From positions 1-40,842 of the IMG/VR virus record IMGVR_UViG_3300034155_000007: a DNA stretch of 40,842 nucleotides. The stretch is one strand, 5' to 3'. This DNA is from a virus. Its lineage: Duplodnaviria; Caudoviricetes. The notes below the pieces were generated by a model. The model was not told the origin of the DNA. It searched no databases and saw only the letters and a program-made list of their open reading frames with translations. The position numbers and the translations under genes were made by a program. How positions within the stretch are numbered: position 1 is the first letter of the stretch; each line of letters begins with the position of its first letter. This document shows, piece by piece, positions 16,203-25,220 of the stretch.

Positions 16203-16687
16203 CGGGCCTGCCACTTCCGAAACTGCCACGCGAGTCGGGCGATCAGCGCCAGACCCAGCATCCCCACCCAGAACCCAGCCGGCCCGTTCGGGTTGGCGGG
16301 CACGGTGCCCGTCGACGTGGCCGGAAGGGTCAAGGTCGGCGTGTTCTCAGGCGTCGGCGCGGGCGTGATCGCAGGCGTCGGGGTCGGCGTCGGGGTCGGC
16401 GTTGCGGATGGCGTCGCAGAAGGCGTGGCCGATGGAGTCGCGGACGGGCTGGGCGTCGGCGATGGCGGGCACTGGCCGAGCTGTTCGCAGGTCGGGTACG
16501 GCGTGGGCCGCGGGGTCGGCTGCGGACTCGGTGAAGGTGTCCACGAGGGCGTGGGCGTTGGGCAGTGCTTGTAGGTCGAGTAGAGCCCGGGCTGGCAGCC
16601 GGTGGCGGACGCCGAGGGTGCCCCGATGAACAGGGCGAGCATGGCGATAGCGGCCAGGACGGAGAGGGCGGCGCGGATACGGGTCAT
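16199..16687 (-). CDS. Pro/Thr-rich surface protein, copy 1 (signal peptide, LPATS, TM, basic tail)
   Basis: Near-duplicate of 12629..13099. Confidence 0.75.
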   Translation of the reverse strand: MTRIRAALSVLAAIAMLALFIGAPSASATGCQPGLYSTYKHCPTPTPSWTPSPSPQPTPRPTPYPTCEQLGQCPPSPTPSPSATPSATPSATPSATPTPTPTPTPAITPAPTPENTPTLTLPATSTGTVPANPNGPAGFWVGMLGLALIARLAWQFRKWQAR

Positions 16688-16806
16688 GGGTGGGTTCCCC
16701 TCAACTGAATGAGCTGTGCTTGGATGACCGGCCATCGCTGGCCCCACATGGCGGCCTCGAGACGGCGACGGGCGGCGAGCAGGCGGAACGCTACGGCGGG
16801 CTTCAT
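16684..16806 (-). CDS. Small hypothetical protein ([10 protein letters not shown]...)
   Basis: ATGA overlaps at both ends. Confidence 0.5.
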   Translation of the reverse strand: MKPAVAFRLLAARRRLEAAMWGQRWPVIQAQLIQLRGTHP

Positions 16807-16955
16807 GCGGGCTTCCCCCTCTTGGCTACGCTGGCCTGCAAGTCGGCCACGGTCCACGCCACGGGGCGGTCCACGATGGCGGGGCGGCGGTCGTCCAGCG
16901 ACTTCGCCGGGAGCTCGTGGCGGGCGGCGCGCTGGGTCCACGGCGAGGTGGTCAT
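16803..16955 (-). CDS. Small hypothetical protein ([10 protein letters not shown]...)
   Basis: ATGA overlaps at both ends. Confidence 0.5.
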   Translation of the reverse strand: MTTSPWTQRAARHELPAKSLDDRRPAIVDRPVAWTVADLQASVAKRGKPA

Positions 16956-17152
16956 GCGAACGCTGCCCGTGACGCCTCAGTGGCGTCTCGCAGCGCCTGT
17001 CGGTACTGCTCAGCTTGGATGACTGTGATGACGGCGGACCGCTCCAGGACGTGAACGGTCTGCCTGGAGAGCCGCATTCGTGCGGCGATGTCCACAACGG
17101 TGACATTGGCTGCCCGTCGTTCAGCCCGCAGATCCAGTCCGGTGGTTGGCAT
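16952..17152 (-). CDS. Cro-like XRE helix-turn-helix regulator
   Basis: LRAERRAANVTVVDIAARMRLSRQTVHVLE; first gene of the leftward early operon. Confidence 0.8.
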   Translation of the reverse strand: MPTTGLDLRAERRAANVTVVDIAARMRLSRQTVHVLERSAVITVIQAEQYRQALRDATEASRAAFA

Positions 17153-17158
17153 GGCTAG

Positions 17159-17275
17159 ACTGTAGGCCCGTGGCCTGACAGTTGTCAAGACGTTAGGTGA
17201 CGCCAGACGTACTAGTGACAGTTGTCAGGTAGTCCTGCTCGTGGCACTTGACAACTGTCACGACATGCGTAACGT
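17159..17275. promoter_or_regulatory. Divergent promoters with three TGACA-N2-TGTCA operators
   Basis: Palindromes at 17176-17187, 17216-17227 and 17249-17260. Minus: TTGACA, 18 nt, TACAGT. Plus: TTGACA, 16 nt, TAACGT. Confidence 0.85.
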
Positions 17276-17282
17276 ATGGCCC

Positions 17283-17576
17283 GTGTACCGGCCATCGAAG
17301 AATTCGCCTCAGACCGCATGGGCGCGCCATCTAGACCAGGTGTTGCGCGACCGTGACTGGGTCGGCGTGCTCGCGGTCCACGATCCGACGCCCGGGATCG
17401 GCTACCTGTGGCTGCGCCTCCCGCTCGCAGTCGCGCTCCTGTGGTGGGGTGCGCGGTCAGACCGGCGGTGGGTCGTCCCGATCGCCGCGATGCTCGGCCT
17501 GCCCGTGCTCCGGATCACGGGGCTCGTGCTGCTGGTCGGCTGCATCCCGTTGGCTAGATCAACCTCTCGCGTCTAG
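17283..17576 (+). pseudogene. Chimera of a repressor-like N-terminus and a membrane glycosyltransferase (GT87-like) C-terminus
   Basis: Sits at the repressor position; about 26 hydrophilic aa switch abruptly at RDW to LRLPLAVALLWWGARSDRRWVVPIAAMLGLPVL. Confidence 0.55.
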
Positions 17577-18688
17577 GCGACCTTGCGCAAGTAATCGACG
17601 TGCAGCTTTGCTTGGCCGTCGTTACCGTTCTCGCTCACGGCCACCCCAATTCGGTCCACGCTGACAGAATCGGACACGGTGACGAGCTTGGTCCAGCCGA
17701 TCCCATCCTCGCTTGCCCAGAAGTCGAGCGTGGTACTGGCCTTCACGACCCGAACGTACAGACGATTTGCCAGATAGCCCGGATTGTTGAGGATCTTCTC
17801 ATTGGCGCCCCAGCTGGTGACACTTGACCAGCGTTGGACCGAGATAACCAACGATCCGCCCTCGTTGGCCTTTCCAACGGCGTAGAAATCTCCATTCGTC
17901 CCGTCCACCAGGACGACGGCGCCCGCGTAACGGACGGCTCCAGCCGAAGTATCCGATCCCTCGATTGAGATCAGGGCCTCATAGGTCCCATCCGCCATTG
18001 CCGCGATTTCCAGAATCCGCCAGTTGTCCGACGACTGGGCAGGGCAACTGAGGGTCAGCCAGCCGGCCTTGGTGAAGGTCGCCGTGGCAGTGCTCTGGTT
18101 GCGCCAGTTCCAACGTGCGTCGAGCCCGTTGGTCGCGCCGGACATGCCGGTCGTGTCGTCGAACTCGTCATCGTAGGTCGCGTTCGGGGAGGCCGGGATA
18201 TCCTCGGCCGCGAAGTTGCCCGACAGCCACCCCTTGGCTGCTGGAAGGCCGCCGCCCCCCGCCTCCGCCCGCCACGCCACGCCGCCCGTGCCGTCCGGCG
18301 AGAGCACCTTCGTCGTGGTCGTATCGGAGGTCGGGAGGTCGGCGATCTCGGGGACGACGAGAGCGGGGACCGATCCCTCCATGAGCAGGCCCAGAGCGAT
18401 CGTCGTCGGACGCTGATCGGCTCCGCCCACAATGCCGATCAGGAGCCACTGCACGCTGGCATCAGTGACCAGCCCGAGCACCGTGTCGCTGACGACCCAC
18501 GCGGGTTCCGTCCCGCCCGTCGTTCCGGTGCTGAACGCCTCGAAGACGAGGTTGCCGTACATCGCATCGACGACCTTGATCCGGTCGCCCGCCGTCTTGC
18601 CGGTGGTCGCTGCCCATGCCACGCCGGGGTCGGCGAGGGGGGTGAGGCCGGCCACACCCAGGGCATTCTCGAATGCTGAGTTACTCAT
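17573..18688 (-). CDS. Tail-associated protein with ConA/lectin-like C-terminal domain
   Basis: GTTGGTEPAW...VTD..VQW N-terminal motif; DDEF, LDARWNW, WASEDGIGW, IGV and VDYLR beta-sandwich motifs. Confidence 0.65.
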   Translation of the reverse strand: MSNSAFENALGVAGLTPLADPGVAWAATTGKTAGDRIKVVDAMYGNLVFEAFSTGTTGGTEPAWVVSDTVLGLVTDASVQWLLIGIVGGADQRPTTIALGLLMEGSVPALVVPEIADLPTSDTTTTKVLSPDGTGGVAWRAEAGGGGLPAAKGWLSGNFAAEDIPASPNATYDDEFDDTTGMSGATNGLDARWNWRNQSTATATFTKAGWLTLSCPAQSSDNWRILEIAAMADGTYEALISIEGSDTSAGAVRYAGAVVLVDGTNGDFYAVGKANEGGSLVISVQRWSSVTSWGANEKILNNPGYLANRLYVRVVKASTTLDFWASEDGIGWTKLVTVSDSVSVDRIGVAVSENGNDGQAKLHVDYLRKVA

Positions 18689-18701
18689 GTCGTCTCCACG
18701 T

Positions 18702-19319
18702 TCATACCATCACCACGGCCTGACTGCGCTTGAACCCTGATGCCGCGTGGGTGATTGTGAGCTTGGGGTCGTAGGTCGTCCCCGGTGTAGCATCGCCCGC
18801 GAAGCTCGCAACGTATTCGGCTCCGCCCGGCTGATTTCCAGCCCGAAGTCGGCTGCTTGCGAGGACGACGCGCGTTTGCCCTGCGCCATTGATGTTCGCC
18901 GGGAAGGCAACGTCGGTGAACGTCTTTGTCGTCTGAAAAGCCCAGCCGCCGCTCGTCGAGATGCTGGCAAGCAACGTCAGTCCGGCCAGACTGGCACCGG
19001 GCACCCAGTCCGCTGTCGTGAGGTCAGTCCCCCAGTCGTAAAGTCTCGCTTCGAGCGTGAAGTCGGTAGCCGACTGGTCCTCGTAGGCGACGAGAACAAG
19101 AACGGCCGCGGAGACTGTATCTGAGCCGATGGCCGACGTATTGAACTGGAGGAACATCTCATAGAGGGGGTACTGGAAGACCTGCGCCTGTCCGGTTCGG
19201 TGCTGATTTCCGGTCGTATTGATTGACATGGTGCCGCCTGCACGGGCGGTCGAGTACGTTGCGTTACTGGACGTCAGCATCCCGTCCGTCACGTCGGAGT
19301 AGACGACAGTCGTGGTCAT
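18702..19319 (-). CDS. Tail-associated beta-sandwich protein (DNRLRE/CBM-like)
   Basis: MFLQFNTSAI..TVSAA.L and PKLTITH motifs. Confidence 0.6.
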   Translation of the reverse strand: MTTTVVYSDVTDGMLTSSNATYSTARAGGTMSINTTGNQHRTGQAQVFQYPLYEMFLQFNTSAIGSDTVSAAVLVLVAYEDQSATDFTLEARLYDWGTDLTTADWVPGASLAGLTLLASISTSGGWAFQTTKTFTDVAFPANINGAGQTRVVLASSRLRAGNQPGGAEYVASFAGDATPGTTYDPKLTITHAASGFKRSQAVVMV

Positions 19320-19717
19320 CAGCCAGCCACCAGATCACGAACGATGGCGAGCAGCGCCGCCGGGAGGTCCTCGCGCAGCCGCCGCGTCCGCACGACGCCT
19401 TCTTCATCTGTCCACGTCCGCACGATGTCACCAGCGGGGTCGTCCACAAGGATCGGCGGGTTGTGGACGCGGATCGGGTTGAGGTCAGGCGGCGTCACGT
19501 TCACGCCCGCGCGCTGGATGCGGACAGAGAACTCGAGCAGGTCGTCTGTGAACTTCGGAGCCGTCGTCAGCGTCACCTTCCAGGCGACGCCCTTGATCGT
19601 GCGCGAGACAGACCGCCCCATTTGGCCGGACAACGCAGCGAAGGCACGGGCCTTGACCCGATGCCGTTCGCGGGCATCAGTGACGGCGCTGATGGAATCC
19701 GTGATCGGGTGAGCCAT
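19319..19717 (-). CDS. Hypothetical tail-region protein (starts MAHPITDS)
   Basis: TGATG overlaps at both ends; NP.RVHNPPILVDDP.G motif. Confidence 0.7.
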   Translation of the reverse strand: MAHPITDSISAVTDARERHRVKARAFAALSGQMGRSVSRTIKGVAWKVTLTTAPKFTDDLLEFSVRIQRAGVNVTPPDLNPIRVHNPPILVDDPAGDIVRTWTDEEGVVRTRRLREDLPAALLAIVRDLVAG

Positions 19718-21945
19718 CAGACCCTCACCACCTTGAGGACGAGGGTGCAGCGTTGGATCGTCGTACACGAGTCCACGTTGATCCGAAGGATGTCCCCGGC
19801 CGTGATGTCGTCGCTCGTCCAGTCCGTGATCGTCGTGTCCGTGGCATTGGTGGCCGTCGTGATCGTCGGTTCCTTGCCAGCTCCGGGCATGGCGTCGGCA
19901 TCGGTCGGCGGGAAGTTGCCCAGGGTATCGCGCCAGATGTCCACGACGATCGAGCCCGACTGGTCTGCCAGCAGCGTCCACGAGCTGATCGTGCAGGCGA
20001 AGTCCACCTGGAGGTCGCCCTTGATCCCGGTCGTGATCGCCGACCCACCACCGTCGATGACGAAGTTGATCGACTCGGTTGGCAGGACCGTCGGGCCAGT
20101 CGGTCCGGTGGGACCTGTTGCGCCTGTCCCGGTCGGCCCGGTTGGTCCAGTCACGGTGGAATCGGCACCCGTAGGTCCAGTTGGGCCAGTCGGCCCGGTT
20201 CCGCCGGTTCCGCCGGTTGGGCCGGTTCCGCCGGTCGCTCCGACGCCGGTTGGGCCAGTAGGACCGGTTGCGCCGACCGTATCCGCCAGCACGGCCCCGC
20301 GGAAGTTGAACAAGTAGCCGCTCGTCGTCGTGTCCGCCACGAGCAACGGCTTGGACACCTGCCCGAGCGTTGTCGGTTCGGTGGCCGTCAGGGCTCCTGC
20401 GGAACTCGGACTGAGGAAGTAGACGGTGCCTGCGGTGAGCCCGGTCAATCCGGTGATCCGGCCACCCAGTGCCAAGGTGAAGTCATCATCGCCCGCGACG
20501 GCCGAGACGACCCCGACTGCCTCCGCATTCGCGGCGCTATCGGCTTGCGCCTCGACGTAGGCCGTGCCATTGAGCCGAACGACATCGCCGACTGCGAAGC
20601 CGTGAGCGACCTGGTTGACAGCGAGGACAGAGCCCGTGGGGCCTGTGCTTCCGGTAGGACCGGGTACCGTGGAATCCGCACCTGTCGGCCCGGTCGCGCC
20701 TACCCCCGTGGGACCCGGGCTTCCGGTGGCCCCCACGCCCGTGGGTCCAGTTGGCCCCGGAACCGTGGAGTCTGCCCCCGTGGGACCCGTGGCGCCAACG
20801 CCCGTGGGGCCTGTCGCGCCGACGCCCGTAGGCCCGGTGGCACCAGCGACACCCGGATCGCCCTGCGCCCCAGTGACGCCGACCCCTGTCGCTCCAGTCG
20901 CGCCCGTAGGCCCCGCAACGGTACTGTCCGCGCCTGTGGGCCCCGTAGGTCCCGCTACGGTTGAGTCCGCGCCTGTAGGTCCGGTGGCACCTACGCCCGT
21001 GGGGCCGGTAGGCCCGGGGACTGTGCTGTCTGCGCCTGTAGGTCCGGTGGCCCCGACGCCCGTCGGCCCGGCATTTCCCGTCGCGCCGGCGGGGCCGGTG
21101 ATTCCTACGCCCGTTGGTCCCGTGGGTCCGGCTACCGTTGAGTCCGCCCCTGTCGGTCCGGTAGGCCCGACGCTTCCCGTCGCTCCCACACCCGTTGCTC
21201 CGGTTGCACCGACGCCCGTTGGGCCGGTGGGTCCCGCGACACCCGGTTCGCCCTGCTCGCCGGTCGCCCCGGTGACGCCTACCCCCGTCGGTCCTGTCGG
21301 CCCGGGGACGGTCGAAGCTGCGCCCGTTGCGCCGGTCGCTCCGACTTCGCCCTGTTCGCCTGTCGCGCCAACTCCCGTGGCCCCCGTTGCTCCAGTGGGT
21401 CCCGGAACGGTCGAGTCCGCGCCTGTCGCTCCGGTCGGGCCGGGGACGGTCGATGCCGCCCCCGTGGGCCCCGTCACGCCTACCCCCGTTGCCCCGGTGG
21501 GACCGGCAACTGTGGAGTCCGCGCCCGTGGCTCCCGTAGCCCCGGTGATCCCGACGCCCGTCGGCCCCGTCACGCCGACCCCGGTTGCGCCCGTAGGTCC
21601 GGCAACGGTGCTATCGGCCCCTGTCGCCCCGACCTGACCTTGCGCTCCCGTAGGTCCGGCAACGCCCACGCCCGTGGGTCCGGTAGGTCCGGGAACCGTA
21701 CTGTCCGCTCCCGTCGCTCCGGTGGGGCCTGTCACGCCGACGCCCGTGGGCCCTTGGATTCCAACGCCCGTTGCCCCCGTCGCGCCCGTGGGGCCGACCG
21801 ACCCCACCGTGAAATCGACCGTTGCCACGCCATCGGCGACCGACACGCCGCCAGGGAAGTCGAACTCGCGCGCGACGCCCTGCGAGACGCCGGCCTCGGC
21901 CACGCCGATCTGCGCGTTTGGAACGGGTCGAACGGTGGCGGTCAT
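19717..21945 (-). CDS. Collagen-like (G-X-T) fibre protein
   Basis: Long GPT/GAT triplet runs interrupted by ADSTV(A/P) and VG, plus two globular domains. Confidence 0.9.
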   Translation of the reverse strand: MTATVRPVPNAQIGVAEAGVSQGVAREFDFPGGVSVADGVATVDFTVGSVGPTGATGATGVGIQGPTGVGVTGPTGATGADSTVPGPTGPTGVGVAGPTGAQGQVGATGADSTVAGPTGATGVGVTGPTGVGITGATGATGADSTVAGPTGATGVGVTGPTGAASTVPGPTGATGADSTVPGPTGATGATGVGATGEQGEVGATGATGAASTVPGPTGPTGVGVTGATGEQGEPGVAGPTGPTGVGATGATGVGATGSVGPTGPTGADSTVAGPTGPTGVGITGPAGATGNAGPTGVGATGPTGADSTVPGPTGPTGVGATGPTGADSTVAGPTGPTGADSTVAGPTGATGATGVGVTGAQGDPGVAGATGPTGVGATGPTGVGATGPTGADSTVPGPTGPTGVGATGSPGPTGVGATGPTGADSTVPGPTGSTGPTGSVLAVNQVAHGFAVGDVVRLNGTAYVEAQADSAANAEAVGVVSAVAGDDDFTLALGGRITGLTGLTAGTVYFLSPSSAGALTATEPTTLGQVSKPLLVADTTTSGYLFNFRGAVLADTVGATGPTGPTGVGATGGTGPTGGTGGTGPTGPTGPTGADSTVTGPTGPTGTGATGPTGPTGPTVLPTESINFVIDGGGSAITTGIKGDLQVDFACTISSWTLLADQSGSIVVDIWRDTLGNFPPTDADAMPGAGKEPTITTATNATDTTITDWTSDDITAGDILRINVDSCTTIQRCTLVLKVVRV

Positions 21946-23261
21946 GCGGCACGCTCCTGGGGTGTCAGGGCAAGGTTGCGGGTAACGGCATCGCGGACGG
22001 CTTCGGGCAGATCGGGATCGGCAAGCAGGGCTTCGGACAGCACCCGGAACTCCTCAAGCTGCCCGATGTGCCAGGCGGCGATGCTCCGCTCCAGTGCGAT
22101 CCCCCACGTCCACACGCCGGGCTCGACGAACAGCCCCTCCGGTGGTTGCAGGGAGGGCATAGAATGCTGAGCATGATCGCCCGAGACCCGCATCTCACCT
22201 ACGCCTTCACGGTCGAGGAGGAGCGTGCCATGCTCCTCGCCGCGGAGCGACGTATCCGCGCCGAGGAGTCGGCTATCGTCGGTAACCCGAGTCTCTGCAC
22301 CTACCGCACCGGCCACGGAATGTGCGGGCAACCGCTGGTCTTCGATTGGCACGGTGTCCGACTTGGCAATGACCTCGGAGGCCCGCACCGATTCCGCCAC
22401 GATCCCTCGTTGGTCGATCAGACCCCCTGAGAGGAGCTGGTAGGCGGCGCGGTGGCAGCCGTGGGCGTTCAGCCCCTTGACCGCGTAGTACAGCGGCTCG
22501 AGGCGTAGCGGCCAGCGTTCCCATGCCGCCAGGAGCTCGGCAGCCTGCGCCGGCCAATCGGTGAGCAGCGCGGCGCGATAGGCGGCGTACCACGCTTCCC
22601 CGCTGGTATCCATGAGCGACCGCTTGACGTAGAGATCGCGCGCGCGAGGGTCGCCAAGTTCGCGGTAGGTCTGCGCGAGGTAGAACGTCGAGCGGGCGTC
22701 GAACGGCTGGCGAGCCAACTCCTCCTCGAGCAGCCCAGCGTGCCAGTGCCGCTTGGATGGGGAGGATTGCGTCGGCGGAAAGCTGACCCGGATCGCGTCG
22801 GTCGGCACGCCTCGGTACGGCTTGCCATTGGCGAGCGCCGAATACTCGTGGACGGCCCCGATGCTCTTCCACGGGAGGTCGCCCTTGAGCACCAGCGGCA
22901 GCCGCCACGCCACGGCGGAATCGCGCATCTCGATCAGGGCCGCGTCCCAGTCGGGATCGGGCACGAAACCCTCGTCGATCTCCACGGTCATGTCCGCGTC
23001 TAGGGCGAGGATCCACTGCGAGCGGCCGTGCGCCCACGCGAACACCTCGCTTCGGTTGTGGCCGAAGTTGACGAACGGCAGGTCGAACAGCTTGCCAGGG
23101 ATGCCGGCCAGCACTTCCTTGACGATGGCCTTCGTTCCGTCCGTGGAGCCGGTGTCCGAGATCGTCCAGTAGCCGATGTGCGGCTTGGCTGACTCCAGGC
23201 AGGCGCGCAGGGTCGCCTCGCCGTTCTTGACGATCATGGCTAAACCGTAGGTGGGGGTCAT
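21942..23261 (-). CDS. GT2-family glycosyltransferase with TPR-like C-terminus, carrying an in-frame insertion
   Basis: [33 protein letters not shown] and FYLAQTYR motifs. Confidence 0.88.
   Translation of the reverse strand: MTPTYGLAMIVKNGEATLRACLESAKPHIGYWTISDTGSTDGTKAIVKEVLAGIPGKLFDLPFVNFGHNRSEVFAWAHGRSQWILALDADMTVEIDEGFVPDPDWDAALIEMRDSAVAWRLPLVLKGDLPWKSIGAVHEYSALANGKPYRGVPTDAIRVSFPPTQSSPSKRHWHAGLLEEELARQPFDARSTFYLAQTYRELGDPRARDLYVKRSLMDTSGEAWYAAYRAALLTDWPAQAAELLAAWERWPLRLEPLYYAVKGLNAHGCHRAAYQLLSGGLIDQRGIVAESVRASEVIAKSDTVPIEDQRLPAHSVAGAVGAETRVTDDSRLLGADTSLRGEEHGTLLLDREGVGEMRVSGDHAQHSMPSLQPPEGLFVEPGVWTWGIALERSIAAWHIGQLEEFRVLSEALLADPDLPEAVRDAVTRNLALTPQERAA
22164..22430 (+). CDS. Small hypothetical protein nested antisense in the GT2 gene (start 22164 or 22173)
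   Basis: G/C-ending codons on the plus strand; TAGAAT 7 nt before ATG 22173; GGGAGG before ATG 22164; C-x8-C...H..H pattern. Confidence 0.6.
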   Translation: MLSMIARDPHLTYAFTVEEERAMLLAAERRIRAEESAIVGNPSLCTYRTGHGMCGQPLVFDWHGVRLGNDLGGPHRFRHDPSLVDQTP

Positions 23262-23262
23262 G

Positions 23263-23685
23263 TCAGGTGCCATCCTGTAAGGCATACGAGGCATCGCCGA
23301 CCCAGATGGCGATGCTCCCGGACGCCGCACCAGTACCGGCAGTCCATGTCGATCCGCTGTCTGACGAACCGAGCGCCGCGATCACGTAACTGCCTGCTGT
23401 GACGGGCGTCGTTCCCCATAGATCGGGACGTGGGTTGGTAGAGCTGGCGATGCGCGTGAGTCCGTTGGCGAACGGCGCACCGTCCACCCCGATCGCCAGC
23501 AGCCGACCGGAAACCGGCTCATCCCAGAACTGAACGACGGCCATGATCAACGCAGTTCTGTCGAACACGATCGAGAACGATTCGTCCCCGCTGAACACCC
23601 ACTGGCGGAGGTGCATGAACGGCCCGCCCGCGCCCTCCCGTACCCGATGGGTCTCCGAGCGTCCCCGAATCCGGTACAGGGTCAT
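23263..23685 (-). CDS. Hypothetical tail-region protein
   Basis: ATGA-coupled, beta-rich composition. Confidence 0.65.
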   Translation of the reverse strand: MTLYRIRGRSETHRVREGAGGPFMHLRQWVFSGDESFSIVFDRTALIMAVVQFWDEPVSGRLLAIGVDGAPFANGLTRIASSTNPRPDLWGTTPVTAGSYVIAALGSSDSGSTWTAGTGAASGSIAIWVGDASYALQDGT

Positions 23686-25220
23686 GGGATCGGCAGCGCC
23701 ACCGCGCTGACCTCCCAGTTGTAATGAGCCGGCAGGGGATCGGAGGGATGCAGCGTCGTGAACACCCGTCCTGCGGTATCGGTGGTGCCGGTGTCATCGT
23801 CGAGGATCAGCAGGTCGCCCACCACCGTCTGCGCGGTGTCCTCCCACTGGATCGGCGGGTTGACCCAGACCAACGGCACGCCGGCCAGGGCAACTGGACG
23901 CTCGGCCCCGTCGCAGAGCTGGGCCGATACCTCGGAATCGACGCCCGCCATGACGCCCTCGGGGTCGCGCACCTCGACCTTGAAGCGGTAGACGACCGGC
24001 GGCGGGGGTTTGTCGGCGACCTTGGCGAGTTCCTTCGTCAGCCCACCTGCGGGGATGTCACCGAACTGGATGTCCCATTCGATGTCGGCGGGAGCCGCGT
24101 CGTCGAGGGTGATCCAGACATCGGTGCCGCCGGCCACGGTGAGGGTGTCCGTCGAGCCGAGCAGGTGGATGGCGACCGACGCCTTGCCGGTGCCCGACAG
24201 GACCGACTCGAAGGTGAGCGACTTCCACGAGTAGGGCTTGGTGATCGCGGTCCCGCCGATCTTGATTGCCAGACCCGCGGTCCTGCCCGTGACCAGCCGC
24301 CCGCTGATCTTCTGGATCACCGTCGGGTAGGCCGTAAGCGCGTGACTAGCCAGCCGGGAGTGCCGCTCGGACGTGACCAGGATCGTCTCGCCGACCCTGA
24401 ACACGGGCGAGTTCACGAGGTCCCCGCTATACGGCTCCATCCACCCCGGCAGCAGCTTGGCGGAACCCGTTAGCAGCTCGACGAAATCATGGTTCTGCCG
24501 CCACGCCCCGATCTCGGCCCTGTCGTCGTCGGTGATCGAACCGGGAGCGTCGATGTAGGCCGTCCCGGTCTCGGAGTTGCCGTTGCCGGTGGCGAAGCCT
24601 GAACCATCGGGCGTCGGTGTCCCGCCGCGGACGTAGACCGAACCCCGGATATGCGCCCAGTCCCACGAGATCGGCCCGAGCTTGCTCGGCATGACGCTGG
24701 TGATCCAGTCGGGTGCGTCGTTGTCGATCGCGTAGGGTGCCGGCAGAAGCGCCGTCTGGTACTCGTTGGCGAAGTCCACGACGTACAGCACCAGCCCGTC
24801 ACCCGATGGGGGAGGGGCGATCCACCAGCGCGCCGAGCCGGAGATGCGCGGGATCAACTGGTCGGCGTGGGCCTTGAGCGATGTCAGCGCGGTCGAGTTG
24901 TCGACCAGCGGCGTCGCGGGGATCTCGTCCGACAGGAACCCGGTCACCAGATCGAGCACGGGCGAGGCGTCCGGCCAGCATCCGCCGCTGGTGAAGTCCG
25001 CGAACATCTGGGACAGACCCGTGTACTGCCCGCGCGGATCGATGGCGATGTACGTGCCGTCGTCCTGGGTCAGGTAGTTGTCGCCGACCGGGGCCCCGAG
25101 CGGCAGGATCGGCGGCAGGCGGTTGTAGTCCTCGAGGTCGAGTGTGACGATGCAGTCGTCGGCGGTCGCGTCCACCTTGACCCCGATGCACTGGCCCCGG
25201 AACAGGTTGAGGACCGTCAT
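23682..25220 (-). CDS. Minor tail / baseplate hub-like protein (starts MTVLNLFRG)
   Basis: Follows the tape measure via ATGA; LF.G...L.DY, WWI, VYVRGG and FRVGETI pattern; Ig-like C-terminus. Confidence 0.65.
   Translation of the reverse strand: MTVLNLFRGQCIGVKVDATADDCIVTLDLEDYNRLPPILPLGAPVGDNYLTQDDGTYIAIDPRGQYTGLSQMFADFTSGGCWPDASPVLDLVTGFLSDEIPATPLVDNSTALTSLKAHADQLIPRISGSARWWIAPPPSGDGLVLYVVDFANEYQTALLPAPYAIDNDAPDWITSVMPSKLGPISWDWAHIRGSVYVRGGTPTPDGSGFATGNGNSETGTAYIDAPGSITDDDRAEIGAWRQNHDFVELLTGSAKLLPGWMEPYSGDLVNSPVFRVGETILVTSERHSRLASHALTAYPTVIQKISGRLVTGRTAGLAIKIGGTAITKPYSWKSLTFESVLSGTGKASVAIHLLGSTDTLTVAGGTDVWITLDDAAPADIEWDIQFGDIPAGGLTKELAKVADKPPPPVVYRFKVEVRDPEGVMAGVDSEVSAQLCDGAERPVALAGVPLVWVNPPIQWEDTAQTVVGDLLILDDDTGTTDTAGRVFTTLHPSDPLPAHYNWEVSAVALPIP

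Noticed and set aside
12629-16687. Duplicated segments as a diversity-generating retroelement template/variable pair
   Set aside because: No reverse transcriptase is present, and the differences are not adenine-specific and include repeat-length changes.
20090-21800. Dense tandem repeats as a possible CRISPR array or DNA-level repeat system
   Set aside because: Third codon positions vary freely while Gly-X-Thr is kept, so selection is on the collagen protein; there is no repeat-spacer structure.
22160-22430. Insertion in the GT2 as an intein
   Set aside because: It is too short and lacks the C-terminal His-Asn plus Cys/Ser/Thr splice junction.
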